A stretch of DNA of 64,000 nt from a phage, in the sequence record PZ452578.1; one strand, written 5' to 3'. The translations under genes were made by a program, and so were the position numbers. Shown here piece after piece: positions 29,990-39,066 of this stretch; positions within the stretch are counted from its first letter, which is position 1; every line of letters begins with the position of its first letter. The notes under the pieces were generated by a model that was given only the letters and a program-made list of their open reading frames with translations, did no database searches and was not told where the DNA came from.

Positions 29990-30511
29990 TTATCCTTTCA
30001 TTGAAAGCGTAACGGTTGTTAAATACTTAATCATAGCTTCAGCTTCTGATTTTGACAATGAAATTTCTCCATTGTTTTGACGAATAGAAATAAAATCCGG
30101 ATGACGGTCACCGCCAGCTTTTAAAACACACATATAAGTATCAACTTCGCCTTCAATATTTGAAATGATTGAAGCAGTTCCACATGAATGCGGTTTTTGA
30201 TAAATCAATACAGCTTTTCTTCCGCCATTTGACTGCTCATAGGCTTTTAATACATCAAACAAATCACTTCTTTTATCAATAGCTAAAATGTTATTTTCAT
30301 CTTCAATGTTAAATCCTTCGGATACTTCATAAAGTGTCACCCATAAATCGCCAATATCAATAACAGCGTTCACTTTTCCATGACTTTCAAGAGCATGACA
30401 AATTTTCTTGATTTCGTCATAACTCATTTTAATAATATCATCTCCTTGAATAAGAAAGATGTCATTTTTAAATTCAACACGAATTAAACCACTTCCACTT
30501 GAAATAAACAT
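29990..30511 (-). CDS. hypothetical protein (tandem paralog A)
   Basis: 173 aa; C-terminal block E.SLSKSEAEAMIKYLTTV resembles that of ORF 30518..31075. Confidence 0.6.
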   Translation of the reverse strand: MFISSGSGLIRVEFKNDIFLIQGDDIIKMSYDEIKKICHALESHGKVNAVIDIGDLWVTLYEVSEGFNIEDENNILAIDKRSDLFDVLKAYEQSNGGRKAVLIYQKPHSCGTASIISNIEGEVDTYMCVLKAGGDRHPDFISIRQNNGEISLSKSEAEAMIKYLTTVTLSMKG

Positions 30512-30517
30512 ATTTCC

Positions 30518-31075
30518 TCACTTTGAAATCATAGTTGGAATGACAGAATCAAGATAAGTCTTTAGTGCAATAGCTTCGTCTTTGGTAAATGTGACAATAT
30601 GTGATCGAAAATCGTCGATTTGGCGAATAGTTAAGACATCTCCCTCTTCATAACATTTTGATACATTTAAAAGAGTTTCATCATTCTGATTGCAAGCGTT
30701 AGTAATAATAGCATTGCAATTTTTGAGCCATTTTAAACTATGTTTTCTTTCATTAGAATAATAAAAATATTTAATCTTAGCTATAAAACTATCCCAATGG
30801 ATAACTGATAAACACATTGACTCACTTTTAATATTAAATCCTGGGCATGAAGAATAAAAATGAATTTTGTGCTCATCATTGATGCTTACTATTTTATCAG
30901 TATAAGGATATTCAATTTGGGTTAAATGAATGATTTCACTAGGCGTAAAATATAGCATATCGTCTTCTTGCGTCAAACGATACATGTTATTTACTTTTTC
31001 TATAGCCAATTCACCAAAAAGCGGACTAACTTCTAATACTAATCGTTTCATATTGATTCTCTTCGACTCACTCAC
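30518..31075 (-). CDS. hypothetical protein (tandem paralog B)
   Basis: 185 aa; C-terminal block VTFTKDEAIALKTYLDSV. Confidence 0.6.
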   Translation of the reverse strand: MSESKRINMKRLVLEVSPLFGELAIEKVNNMYRLTQEDDMLYFTPSEIIHLTQIEYPYTDKIVSINDEHKIHFYSSCPGFNIKSESMCLSVIHWDSFIAKIKYFYYSNERKHSLKWLKNCNAIITNACNQNDETLLNVSKCYEEGDVLTIRQIDDFRSHIVTFTKDEAIALKTYLDSVIPTMISK

Positions 31076-31208
31076 AATTACATACTCCTTTGAATAATAT
31101 CAATAATGTTGTTCACCAGATTATAAGTAAACATTGGGTAATTATATTGAATCATTACATACACAACAAACAAAACTTTCATTCTCTTCTCCTTGACAGT
31201 TGACAAGA

Positions 31209-31240
31209 TTACTATACCATAACCTTGCCAACTTGTAAAC
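31209..31240 (-). promoter_or_regulatory. phage early promoter
   Basis: Minus strand: GTTTAC (-35), spacer, TGgTATAGT (-10). Confidence 0.55.
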
Positions 31241-31245
31241 CGTTA

Positions 31246-31416
31246 AATGTTGTTTTCAATAAAATTTTGAAGCTTTGTGTGAGCATCAACCATGATTTTC
31301 ATTTCTTCTTTGGCGAAAGCTGTACCTCTTTCCCGAGCAGAATACTCATAGTCAGAAACTGCATTAGCATATTCTTCAATTAGCTTCATTAAAAACATCT
31401 GCTTTTCAGTTTTCAT
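31246..31416 (-). CDS. hypothetical small protein
   Basis: 56-aa ORF (MKTEKQMFLMKLIEEYANAV...) whose start overlaps the stop of the upstream ORF; below the ORF-track cutoff. Confidence 0.3.
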
Positions 31417-31600
31417 TATTCCACCTAATCATTTCAAGATATTGAACTAACTTAGCTTTAGATTTATCCAAATCCCTTTTAGCTGATTCTATACCATCGT
31501 ATGAATATCCTTCACAATGCTCAACTGCTAATTGGTATGAATCTATTTCAATATCATGCGCTAATTTAATGATTTTTTCAAACTGTTCGCGTGTTAGCAT
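31406..31600 (-). CDS. hypothetical protein
   Basis: 64-aa ORF. Confidence 0.45.
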   Translation of the reverse strand: MLTREQFEKIIKLAHDIEIDSYQLAVEHCEGYSYDGIESAKRDLDKSKAKLVQYLEMIRWNNEN

Positions 31601-31602
31601 AA

Positions 31603-31842
31603 TTAAACTCTCGTATTATGATCGATAATTTCATCAAGAAACATATCTAACGCTTCTAAAGCATTATCAACTTTAGCTTCAAGTTCATCAATGCCTTTAT
31701 TTGCAATGCCTGACGAAAACCAAGCAAAGTCACTAAGTTCCTCGTCTGCTTTACGAATTAAAGCTACCAATTCCTTAATTTTATCCGCTTGTTCGATACT
31801 AATCATTATTCCACCACATATGAAAGAGAGAATATTGCACAC
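31603..31842 (-). CDS. hypothetical protein
   Basis: 79-aa ORF. Confidence 0.45.
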   Translation of the reverse strand: MCNILSFICGGIMISIEQADKIKELVALIRKADEELSDFAWFSSGIANKGIDELEAKVDNALEALDMFLDEIIDHNTRV

Positions 31843-31994
31843 GCCATGTGAGTTGCAACTTCATCACACATATTATAACGTTTCTTAAGAAGTTCTACAA
31901 GTTCTTCACTAGTAACTTCATCCATGTTGACGAAAAAATCACCATTAATGATGACGTAGATATTTCCTTCTTGATTAAGTGCTTCAATTTTCAT
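31806..31994 (-). CDS. hypothetical protein
   Basis: Start set at [10 protein letters not shown], downstream of the promoter at 32009-32052. Confidence 0.45.
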   Translation of the reverse strand: MKIEALNQEGNIYVIINGDFFVNMDEVTSEELVELLKKRYNMCDEVATHMACAIFSLSYVVE

Positions 31995-32008
31995 GATGTT
32001 CTCCTCTT

Positions 32009-32052
32009 TATCCGATGGTTGTATAGTATCACAGCTCAAATGGAAAGTAAAC
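32009..32052 (-). promoter_or_regulatory. phage early promoter
   Basis: Minus strand: GTTTAC (-35), spacer, GTGATACTATAC (-10 region). Confidence 0.5.
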
Positions 32053-32066
32053 CGGTAAAATGAAAA

Positions 32067-32084
32067 AGTCTCCCGAAGGAGACT
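32067..32084 (-). terminator. UUCG-tetraloop hairpin
   Basis: AGUCUCC-UUCG-GGAGACU on the minus-strand transcript after the stop of ORF 32089..32475. Confidence 0.5.
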
Positions 32085-32088
32085 AACG

Positions 32089-32475
32089 TTATTCGAGGGA
32101 AAGAAGATATTTACTCTGGTAAAACATTCCAGTAATATCATCTATCGTGCTTTGAATGGCTGGAGGCATTTCTTTGTAAATGCTGTTAGATTGGTCTAGT
32201 ATGCGATCAATCATTTTAATTGTGTCGGTAGGAAGTTTACTGGCATCTGGAATTGAAGGTGTGTATTTTCTACCAGAATACCCCAAATATTGCTCACCAA
32301 ATTTATCAATCAAATCTGGCAACTCGGAGAAAATAAAATCGTATGCTTTGTGTCTAGCATAACTTTTAGTTTCAAAATGTGCAGAATGAAAATAAGCTTG
32401 TGCAGCCATTAATAAACCTAAGTATTCATCTGCCTTTGAAGGTTTTCCACTTTGTGAAAAGTCGCTGAATTTCAT
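32089..32475 (-). CDS. hypothetical protein (rI.-1 position)
   Basis: 128-aa ORF immediately downstream of rI. Confidence 0.55.
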   Translation of the reverse strand: MKFSDFSQSGKPSKADEYLGLLMAAQAYFHSAHFETKSYARHKAYDFIFSELPDLIDKFGEQYLGYSGRKYTPSIPDASKLPTDTIKMIDRILDQSNSIYKEMPPAIQSTIDDITGMFYQSKYLLSLE

Positions 32476-32765
32476 TCAGTCTCCAATTTAATGTTCATAA
32501 TTCTAGCGTATGATTGTGCCATCTCCGCGCCTCGCTCTATACATTCAAAATCAGAAGAGCACGGGTCATTTTTATAGGTCGTTCTCATAAAACTATAGAA
32601 TTGTTCAGACGATTCTACGCTTTTATTTTCAAAAAGCATATAAACGTGCCTAATACCAGATTCCATAAATTTATCAAAATGAGGATCGACATTCGCTTCA
32701 ATCGATGGAGATAAAACAAATGACAATCCTAGCATGGCAAAAAGTGCCGTTGCTTTTAAGGCCAT
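32472..32765 (-). CDS. rI: lysis-inhibition regulator RI (periplasmic antiholin-binding protein)
   Basis: 97 aa with N-terminal signal/anchor sequence MALKATALFAMLGLSFVLSPSIEA; size and position (upstream of tk) as in T4; SD GGAGG. Confidence 0.7.
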   Translation of the reverse strand: MALKATALFAMLGLSFVLSPSIEANVDPHFDKFMESGIRHVYMLFENKSVESSEQFYSFMRTTYKNDPCSSDFECIERGAEMAQSYARIMNIKLETE

Positions 32766-33032
32766 AAAGGCCTCCTATCATTTTTGTCCTGTATTTACTT
32801 TATGCCGATGCACGGCCTTAACTTTATCAAGGTATTTTTCAAAATTTCGCAATCTAGTATAGTCTGCCGGAGATTGGTTGAGTGATACTTCTCGACGCAA
32901 AGCTGAAATGATATTTCCAACTTCCCTACGAATTTCATCTAATTAAAGCACAGTAAGATTGCGAAGTTGCTTTTCAGTTAATTGTAGCATATATACCCCT
33001 TTAGTTAGATAAACCTATTTATAACTTTTGCA

Positions 33033-33614
33033 CTAACCGAGCTTTTTAGTTAATTCATTCCAATGTTTTCTACACAAAGAAACATAAATTTCATCACCAA
33101 TACAGATTTGATTACCTTCTTTAACTGGTGTTCCATCTTCCATTAATCGAGCTGTCATAATCGCTTTTTTACCACAGTGACAAACTGCTTTTAGTTCAAT
33201 AAGTTTATCTGCAATCGCCAAAAGTTCTTTAGAACCTTCAAATAATTTTCCAGCGAAATCAGTCCTTAATCCATAAGCCATAACAGGAACATTATATGTA
33301 TCAACAATTCGACTTAATTGATGCACCTGTTCAGTTTTTAAAAATTGGGCTTCATCTACAAATACGCAATGAATATCTTTTTGTGCTTCAGCCCATTTAT
33401 AGAACTCGAAAATATCCATATCATCTGTGATAATATTCGCTTCCTGTTTAATTCCAATGCGAGAAACGACTTCACAGACAGAGTCGCGAGTATCAATAGC
33501 AGGCTTAAGAATTAATACACTCATTCCACGTTCTTTATAATTATGTGCAGCAGTCAAAAGAGAAGCAGATTTTCCAGCATTCATTGCTGCATAAGTAAAA
33601 ATTAAACTCGCCAT
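33033..33614 (-). CDS. tk: thymidine kinase
   Basis: 193 aa; P-loop AAMNAGKS, C-terminal zinc ribbon (CHCG...C..C) typical of TK1-type kinases. Confidence 0.92.
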   Translation of the reverse strand: MASLIFTYAAMNAGKSASLLTAAHNYKERGMSVLILKPAIDTRDSVCEVVSRIGIKQEANIITDDMDIFEFYKWAEAQKDIHCVFVDEAQFLKTEQVHQLSRIVDTYNVPVMAYGLRTDFAGKLFEGSKELLAIADKLIELKAVCHCGKKAIMTARLMEDGTPVKEGNQICIGDEIYVSLCRKHWNELTKKLG

Positions 33615-33615
33615 C

Positions 33616-33804
33616 TTAGTCCTTAGTTAAATTTTCTAAATATGTTTCTAAATCATTTTCAGCTTTATCGATAGATTTTACTAATTCGTAATATGTTTCG
33701 GCATCTCCATAATCAGAAGATAATTCAAAAGACAAATCCTTTTCTAAACTAATAATTTCACCAACTAAAAATAATATTTCGTTCTTTTGTTCGCGAGTAA
33801 TCAT
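33616..33804 (-). CDS. hypothetical small acidic protein (tandem paralog 1)
   Basis: 62-aa ORF. Confidence 0.5.
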   Translation of the reverse strand: MITREQKNEILFLVGEIISLEKDLSFELSSDYGDAETYYELVKSIDKAENDLETYLENLTKD

Positions 33805-33986
33805 AAAGAATTTATATAATCAATGAGTTCTTGTTCTTTATTATCGAATTCTTTAGAAAGTTCTTCGTATTCATTTGCATTAAAAGGACCGCATTCATCA
33901 CAAACTTTTTCCAATTCACTGTTTTTATCCATAACTTCGTGGATAAGAGAAAAGAGTTTGTCTTTTTGTTCTTTGCTTAAACTCAT
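33801..33986 (-). CDS. hypothetical small acidic protein (tandem paralog 2)
   Basis: 61 aa; similar start (M.L.KEQKD.LF.L..E) to ORF 33616..33804. Confidence 0.5.
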   Translation of the reverse strand: MSLSKEQKDKLFSLIHEVMDKNSELEKVCDECGPFNANEYEELSKEFDNKEQELIDYINSL

Positions 33987-34152
33987 ATATTAATTTCCAA
34001 AAGTTTTAAAATAATTCGCTTTTGCTTAAATATTTCCACAGTTAAATGATCAGTATCTTTTTGACCAATTCCAATGGCAAAACCTTTATTAACAGCGAGT
34101 TCAATTAAATTATCAAGTTCACGTAACACTTCATATTGTAACTCAGAACTAT

Positions 34153-34365
34153 TCATTTCGGTTTACCTTCTTTAACGAAATCTGGATAAGGATAAAATCC
34201 CGAATAAAATCCTTCACCTTTATGATTGATGCATCCTTTATTAGAACAATAGCACCAATAATCGAAATCACAAGCCATTTCATCGTTGCATAAAGCAAAA
34301 ACAACCGGCCATTTACACTTTTCACAGTGGGCATTTTTAAGAATACTAGTTTGGCTCATAACCAT
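34153..34365 (-). CDS. hypothetical cysteine-rich small protein
   Basis: 70 aa with 8 Cys (CEKC...C...C..C.C...C). Confidence 0.5.
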   Translation of the reverse strand: MVMSQTSILKNAHCEKCKWPVVFALCNDEMACDFDYWCYCSNKGCINHKGEGFYSGFYPYPDFVKEGKPK

Positions 34366-34583
34366 GTCACCTTTAAGCAGTATTCTTCTACATGCTGTTT
34401 ACGACCTTTCTTATCAATAAAGGTATATTCAACGAATGTTCCAATGTAGTCTTTATCTACATCATGTGGACTATTAATTGGACATTTAGTACGGCAAATG
34501 CGTTCCCATTGACGAATAATTACTGCCTTATTCTTTGGGTCATACGGATGTGGATAATGTATATTCATAATAACGGTTCCCAA
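34356..34583 (-). CDS. hypothetical protein
   Basis: 75-aa ORF. Confidence 0.5.
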   Translation of the reverse strand: MGTVIMNIHYPHPYDPKNKAVIIRQWERICRTKCPINSPHDVDKDYIGTFVEYTFIDKKGRKQHVEEYCLKVTWL

Positions 34584-35032
34584 TCAACAATCACAATTTC
34601 TAATTTAGAGGAATATGTATCTAAAATCCCCTCAATAATATCCCAGTTCCCTTTACCTATGCCTGCACCAATCCTAGGCATATAGATTGTAGGTTTAATC
34701 AGTTTATTTTCACCAAACTCATTTAATTCTAACATACAATTCATTAAAGCGGAATACTCAAAATTTGGCCCTGGTTGAAATTGAGTATAAAGGTTGAAGC
34801 AATACGCTTTATGAGTCCTAAAGTATTTTTCATAGACTGAATAAGAACCAAGTTTAGTTACATCACCCCATTCAGTCTGTAATTTATCAGCTTCCAAAAT
34901 TTTAGGGAAAGCTTTAGTTAATTGACCTGCGACTCCAGCTTTCATCGTGTGAAAACAATTACATCCATGCGCAATATTTTTACCTTCAGCGAAAAGGGCG
35001 ACAATATCGCCCTTGATATATTTTACAATCAT
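34565..35032 (-). CDS. macro-domain protein (ADP-ribose binding or hydrolase fold)
   Basis: 155 aa; YIKGDIV, NIAHGCNCF, GVAGQL and C-terminal PRIGAGIGKGNWD resemble the conserved macro-domain blocks. Confidence 0.7.
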   Translation of the reverse strand: MIVKYIKGDIVALFAEGKNIAHGCNCFHTMKAGVAGQLTKAFPKILEADKLQTEWGDVTKLGSYSVYEKYFRTHKAYCFNLYTQFQPGPNFEYSALMNCMLELNEFGENKLIKPTIYMPRIGAGIGKGNWDIIEGILDTYSSKLEIVIVDWEPLL

Positions 35033-35376
35033 CTAGTACTCAATCCTCGATTATAAGAATCTACCAAACGGTCAACCATTGAATGACAAGCGGCTTTATC
35101 TTTCTCCTCCGCAACTGAACATTCTAAAGTATTCCACTTTTTAGCATATCGTTTTAATAATGTATCATTTTTGTATCTACTTGATTTATCTCTTTCTCCG
35201 TCTTTATATGCATATATTAATTTCTGTGCAAATTCAGCTTGACATGCTTTATTTTTCCCACAATAATCTGCCGCAGTGCGGTTTACATATTCTCTAATTT
35301 CAGTATATGATGTATCTGCTGACGCAGAAGCAGAAAATGAAATTAATCCTATACATAAAACCAAAATTTTAGTCAT
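35029..35376 (-). CDS. secreted small protein (signal peptide)
   Basis: 115 aa; signal peptide MTKILVLCIGLISFSASASA and four Cys. Possibly the positional equivalent of vs, not verified. Confidence 0.55.
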   Translation of the reverse strand: MTKILVLCIGLISFSASASADTSYTEIREYVNRTAADYCGKNKACQAEFAQKLIYAYKDGERDKSSRYKNDTLLKRYAKKWNTLECSVAEEKDKAACHSMVDRLVDSYNRGLSTR

Positions 35377-35914
35377 TTACTATTTCCAAAAGTTTATTAT
35401 TTTTAAGGTAATTAGCCTTTTCTAGGACTTCAGAAGCATATTTAGAACCTGCTTTAACATTCCATCCCGAATTATAAGAGGATATTGCTTTTCTTATATC
35501 GCCCTTATGTATATTTAACCAATAAGAAAGTTCAATGTACGCCCAGGAAGCTGAATTGGATCGTTTATTCAACATTCTTTTTATTTCAGCATCGGTCATA
35601 TTATAACCAAGTTCCTTAACTCTTGCTCGCATAGTAGGCAAATAATTTTGGAACATTCCGTAGGCGTGATGCTTTGGTTTAGATTTTAAATTAACTCCGC
35701 CAGAGCTTTCTTGCCATAAAATAGCAGCCATTATATGACCTAATCCGCTCTTGTGGATATTTTTATGTGTTTTATATTTTCCATCCTTAGAAAACTGTTC
35801 CCCGAATTGATACGCGTAACGCATGTTATCGAGTTGGACATTACTGAAAGTATGCTCGGAGCTATGTGCCATCATTGAAATGGCCAATAGACCAGCGAGT
35901 AGTGCTTTTCTCAT
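35369..35914 (-). CDS. secreted lytic transglycosylase-like protein
   Basis: 181 aa; signal peptide MRKALLAGLLAISMMAHS; SLT-like catalytic block WQESSGG...YGMFQ. Confidence 0.65.
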   Translation of the reverse strand: MRKALLAGLLAISMMAHSSEHTFSNVQLDNMRYAYQFGEQFSKDGKYKTHKNIHKSGLGHIMAAILWQESSGGVNLKSKPKHHAYGMFQNYLPTMRARVKELGYNMTDAEIKRMLNKRSNSASWAYIELSYWLNIHKGDIRKAISSYNSGWNVKAGSKYASEVLEKANYLKNNKLLEIVND

Positions 35915-35921
35915 GCTTACC

Positions 35922-36383
35922 TCATTGAGTTTTAATTACTGCTTTAGAAGCCTTTCCTGGTAAACGACGACTATTGATAATTGCCATCCTGCACTGAAGT
36001 GACGGGTCTTTGAACTTCGCATTAGGTTTACAAACTGTAAATCCAAGCCAAAGATTTCCATCTGTGATTTCTAGACGCCCAGGACGATATTCAACCCCAT
36101 CAATAAAATCCTCGTCAATGTCAGGACGCGGAGGCATACTCAGGAATTCATTAACTTCTAAAACATGGTCTTTTATTTTATGGAATAATTCAAAAACGTA
36201 TGTCTCATCAATCTCCCGTTGAATTGCGCGATCAAGAAGATGTTGAGAATATTTTAGATGAAACGATGAGACCCCTGCTGCTTTTGATGCCTCACGAATC
36301 TCATTGTTAATTTGACGAAACTCCGACTCAAAGTGACGACGAAGCTTATTTCGACGGATAAAAACTTCTGTATTGATAGTCAT
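35922..36383 (-). CDS. regB: endoribonuclease RegB
   Basis: 153-aa ORF MTINTEVFIRRNKLRRHFESEF...; size and position as in T4. Confidence 0.85.
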   Translation of the reverse strand: MTINTEVFIRRNKLRRHFESEFRQINNEIREASKAAGVSSFHLKYSQHLLDRAIQREIDETYVFELFHKIKDHVLEVNEFLSMPPRPDIDEDFIDGVEYRPGRLEITDGNLWLGFTVCKPNAKFKDPSLQCRMAIINSRRLPGKASKAVIKTQ

Positions 36384-36410
36384 GTTATTCTCCTCTTAAC
36401 TGATAGAAAA

Positions 36411-36440
36411 ATTATACCACAGTCAAGAGGAAAAGTAAAC
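36411..36440 (-). promoter_or_regulatory. phage early promoter upstream of regB
   Basis: Minus strand: GTTTAC (-35), 15-nt spacer, TGgTATAAT (-10). Confidence 0.65.
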
Positions 36441-36442
36441 AG

Positions 36443-36763
36443 TTATTCTTTAAATCTAATCAATTTATTCATAGACTTTGAAACTTCTGCACGAACCTCA
36501 TGTAGATTTTTGAGCTGCTCAAGACGCTGCGCATAGTAAGCAATTTCATCTTCTTCGAGACAGTCCTGTGAATCTTCTTTAAGATAACGTGCATAGTCCT
36601 GAAAAGCGTTACGAACTACTTCCTGGAAATCATCAAGACTTTGAATTTTCTTAGGAGCAGCAGATACACGACGAGGGGCAGTATAATACTCATAACCAAA
36701 CCCTGCGCTTAATTGAGCCATTAGTATTTTTCCTCTGGTTGGAACACTGCACGACAAGCCCAC
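36443..36763 (-). CDS. hypothetical protein (vs.3 position)
   Basis: 106-aa ORF. Confidence 0.5.
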   Translation of the reverse strand: MGLSCSVPTRGKILMAQLSAGFGYEYYTAPRRVSAAPKKIQSLDDFQEVVRNAFQDYARYLKEDSQDCLEEDEIAYYAQRLEQLKNLHEVRAEVSKSMNKLIRFKE

Positions 36764-37023
36764 ATACTGGCTTCTTTGAGTTTCGTTTTAGCAATAGTTA
36801 ACTGATCGAGGCTTTCAGCATAATTCTTCGCGAGTTCATCATCTTCACAGCTATCAAATGCTTCCCAAAATTCATCGTATAAAGCATCAAAGATAAGTCC
36901 TAAACGAACTTCAGCGTCTTTAATAGCATTTACTTTACCGATTTTTTCGTCGGTATGTGGCTTATAACCTTTAATATCTTCAATCATATTTGACTTCCTC
37001 ACCAGTGCATAAATCATATTCAA
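36721..37023 (-). CDS. hypothetical helical protein, positional candidate for vs.4 (Acb2-like)
   Basis: About 88-100 aa depending on start; second small ORF upstream of regB in a vs.3-vs.8-like series. Assignment by position and size only. Confidence 0.4.
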   Translation of the reverse strand: MNMIYALVRKSNMIEDIKGYKPHTDEKIGKVNAIKDAEVRLGLIFDALYDEFWEAFDSCEDDELAKNYAESLDQLTIAKTKLKEASMWACRAVFQPEEKY

Positions 37024-37201
37024 CTAAACGAATAGGTTCATGAATGCCATATCCTTGAACAGAAATTTCTGTCGTAGGATAAATTCCATCAATATCACCC
37101 ATATTCCAGGCTTCATTAAATTGCTGTTCGCCTGAATTACTAAACCACTCGGCGAAAGCATTTAGCACATCTTTAGAACCTTCAATAATTATCTTTGCCA
37201 T
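36980..37201 (-). CDS. hypothetical protein
   Basis: 73-aa ORF. Confidence 0.45.
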   Translation of the reverse strand: MAKIIIEGSKDVLNAFAEWFSNSGEQQFNEAWNMGDIDGIYPTTEISVQGYGIHEPIRLVEYDLCTGEEVKYD

Positions 37202-37563
37202 TACAAACTCTCAGTAAAGGTACGAGCGATAACGTCGCGCTGCTGTTCCGGAGTCAGAGAGTTAAAGCGAACTGCATAACCAGATACACGGATGGTCAGC
37301 TGCGGATATTTTTCCGGATGCTTAACTGCATCTTCCAGAGTTTCACGACGCAGAACGTTAACGTTCAGGTGTTGACCACCTTCAATTTTAATTGTAGGCT
37401 GTGGCTCAATTTCAATTTCACGGGCATGCAAACCATAGAAAATTTCTGGGTCTACAAAAGAGTCCTCTTTAAAGGTTTTAGAAACGATAATTCGTGCTTG
37501 AATACCATCTTCAAAATAAATAGTGCCTTTGTGTGTGCCTTCAAGAATTTGATATGCTTTCAT
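37201..37563 (-). CDS. GrcA/YfiD-like autonomous glycyl-radical cofactor
   Basis: 120 aa; C-terminus [29 protein letters not shown] is the glycyl-radical signature found in E. coli GrcA and the PFL C-terminus. Confidence 0.8.
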   Translation of the reverse strand: MKAYQILEGTHKGTIYFEDGIQARIIVSKTFKEDSFVDPEIFYGLHAREIEIEPQPTIKIEGGQHLNVNVLRRETLEDAVKHPEKYPQLTIRVSGYAVRFNSLTPEQQRDVIARTFTESL

Positions 37564-37570
37564 ATAAACC

Positions 37571-37897
37571 TCAATTAGAAAATAAATTTATCCAAGATTG
37601 TTCTTTAATTAAAAACGGCTCAGAATCATATGCCATTAAACTTTGGGTGATTAGTCCTTTAAAAGGCCCATCAATAAATTCCATGGTAAAATATGGAATT
37701 TTATTCATTAGCCGTGCATTAGGAGCCGTGCACAAAACTCTGCATCCTTTGAATACGCCTTTTTGTAATTTGTATTGCTTGGGATAAAATTCGCTCAAAA
37801 TGTTATTATTTGCTAAAATTTCAAAATGATTCACCAATTTATTTTTAATAGTTTTTGGCGAAAAATAAAGATATTCGAAAAGCTGAGTGTCTGTCAT
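37571..37897 (-). CDS. hypothetical protein
   Basis: Start set at MTDTQLFEY, overlapping the stop of the upstream ORF. Confidence 0.5.
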   Translation of the reverse strand: MTDTQLFEYLYFSPKTIKNKLVNHFEILANNNILSEFYPKQYKLQKGVFKGCRVLCTAPNARLMNKIPYFTMEFIDGPFKGLITQSLMAYDSEPFLIKEQSWINLFSN

Positions 37898-38436
37898 CAT
37901 TGCATTCCGATTACGAAAAACTGTGGACGAGTAATACCACCAATACAACATTTAATATTACAGCAGCAGTGTACAGTGTCAATATGGACACTATAAATCT
38001 TATCCATATCAGGAGATTTGACAGGCTCATCAATTATATATAAAATTCGCGAAAGCGATAAACCTCTGAACTTGCTTCCTTTATTACCAATAAAACTGCG
38101 CACAGAATCAGTAAATAAACGAAAACGTATATCATCATTAGAATAACGCGAAAATTCCTTTTTAATGTTATTTGCAGAAATTTTAGCGTAAGCTGAAGTA
38201 TTAGAAAGAACAATAACTGTTCCGCCATCATACAGCCAATTAGCAGCAAAGTTAGTCACAGCAATTGATTTACCGGATTGACGTCCACCATCTAGTCGAA
38301 GTGTGCAATACTGTTTAAGTAAGTCTTCAAATGGCGGGATATATTCGTTTTTACAAATTTCTTCTACTCTAGCATCAGAATGGTGTGTAAAAGCATTCAT
38401 CAGGGATAGATAAGGACCAGTTAAAAATGTTCTCAT
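37897..38436 (-). CDS. small P-loop NTPase-like protein with C-terminal Cys cluster
   Basis: 179 aa; Walker A LDGGRQSGKS, Walker B ILYIIDEP, C-terminal HCCCNIKCC. Confidence 0.55.
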   Translation of the reverse strand: MRTFLTGPYLSLMNAFTHHSDARVEEICKNEYIPPFEDLLKQYCTLRLDGGRQSGKSIAVTNFAANWLYDGGTVIVLSNTSAYAKISANNIKKEFSRYSNDDIRFRLFTDSVRSFIGNKGSKFRGLSLSRILYIIDEPVKSPDMDKIYSVHIDTVHCCCNIKCCIGGITRPQFFVIGMQ

Positions 38437-38576
38437 TTCTTCTCTCTAAATTTGGGCCATTCCGTGGCGCATGAATTGTCCATTTCTGTATTTACCCATT
38501 ACCGCGCTTGGGCTCGACCTTATTACAGGTTGGCGGGAATCCCTCACAAAATCATGAGGTCCAGGTTGTTCCCATG

Positions 38577-39050
38577 TTATTTGAATGATTTAACGTACTG
38601 AATAGAACCTTTACTATTCACAAAGGCAATTTTACCATTTTTGTTATACATGGTAGCAGTACGTTGATAGCCATAAGTTTGTTTACCAGATTGATAACCA
38701 ACTAATGCGAAATTATCTTCACCCATTTTATTCTGTTTAGCGCGAATACGTTCATGGCCATGTGCCATAAGAACCTTAGCATCACCAGTTGCAATGGATC
38801 TACGAGTTTTTTCATCTTCAACTGTATTAACAAAGTCGTCAAATGAATCAAATTTAGCATGAGATTTATTATACAGTTTTCCATCTACTGCATAATTATA
38901 TCCTTGTACATCCATCTCAACTTCTGTACCATCATCCAGTACAGCAGTGATTTTCTGTCCTTTTTTAAATTTCAAAAGATCAGTAAAAGATTCAGCAATA
39001 ATTTGAGAATTAATAGCTGCTTCAGTAATAAATTCTTGATAGGTTTTCAT
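38577..39050 (-). CDS. internal-protein-like head cargo protein with capsid targeting sequence
   Basis: 157 aa; N-terminus MKTYQEFITE matches the T4 internal-protein CTS consensus MKTYQEFIAE (prohead protease site L/I-x-E). Confidence 0.7.
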   Translation of the reverse strand: MKTYQEFITEAAINSQIIAESFTDLLKFKKGQKITAVLDDGTEVEMDVQGYNYAVDGKLYNKSHAKFDSFDDFVNTVEDEKTRRSIATGDAKVLMAHGHERIRAKQNKMGEDNFALVGYQSGKQTYGYQRTATMYNKNGKIAFVNSKGSIQYVKSFK

Positions 39051-39066
39051 GTGTTTCCTTTAATTT

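Noticed and set aside
32766-33032. Possible rI.1-like small ORF between rI and tk
   Set aside because: Only short ORFs (15-47 aa) with ambiguous starts were found by hand translation; not enough support to call a gene.
38034-38884. ORFs 38034..38249 and 38702..38884 nested in the P-loop and internal-protein-like genes
   Set aside because: Same-strand alternative-frame ORFs with highly hydrophobic low-complexity translations; no start context.
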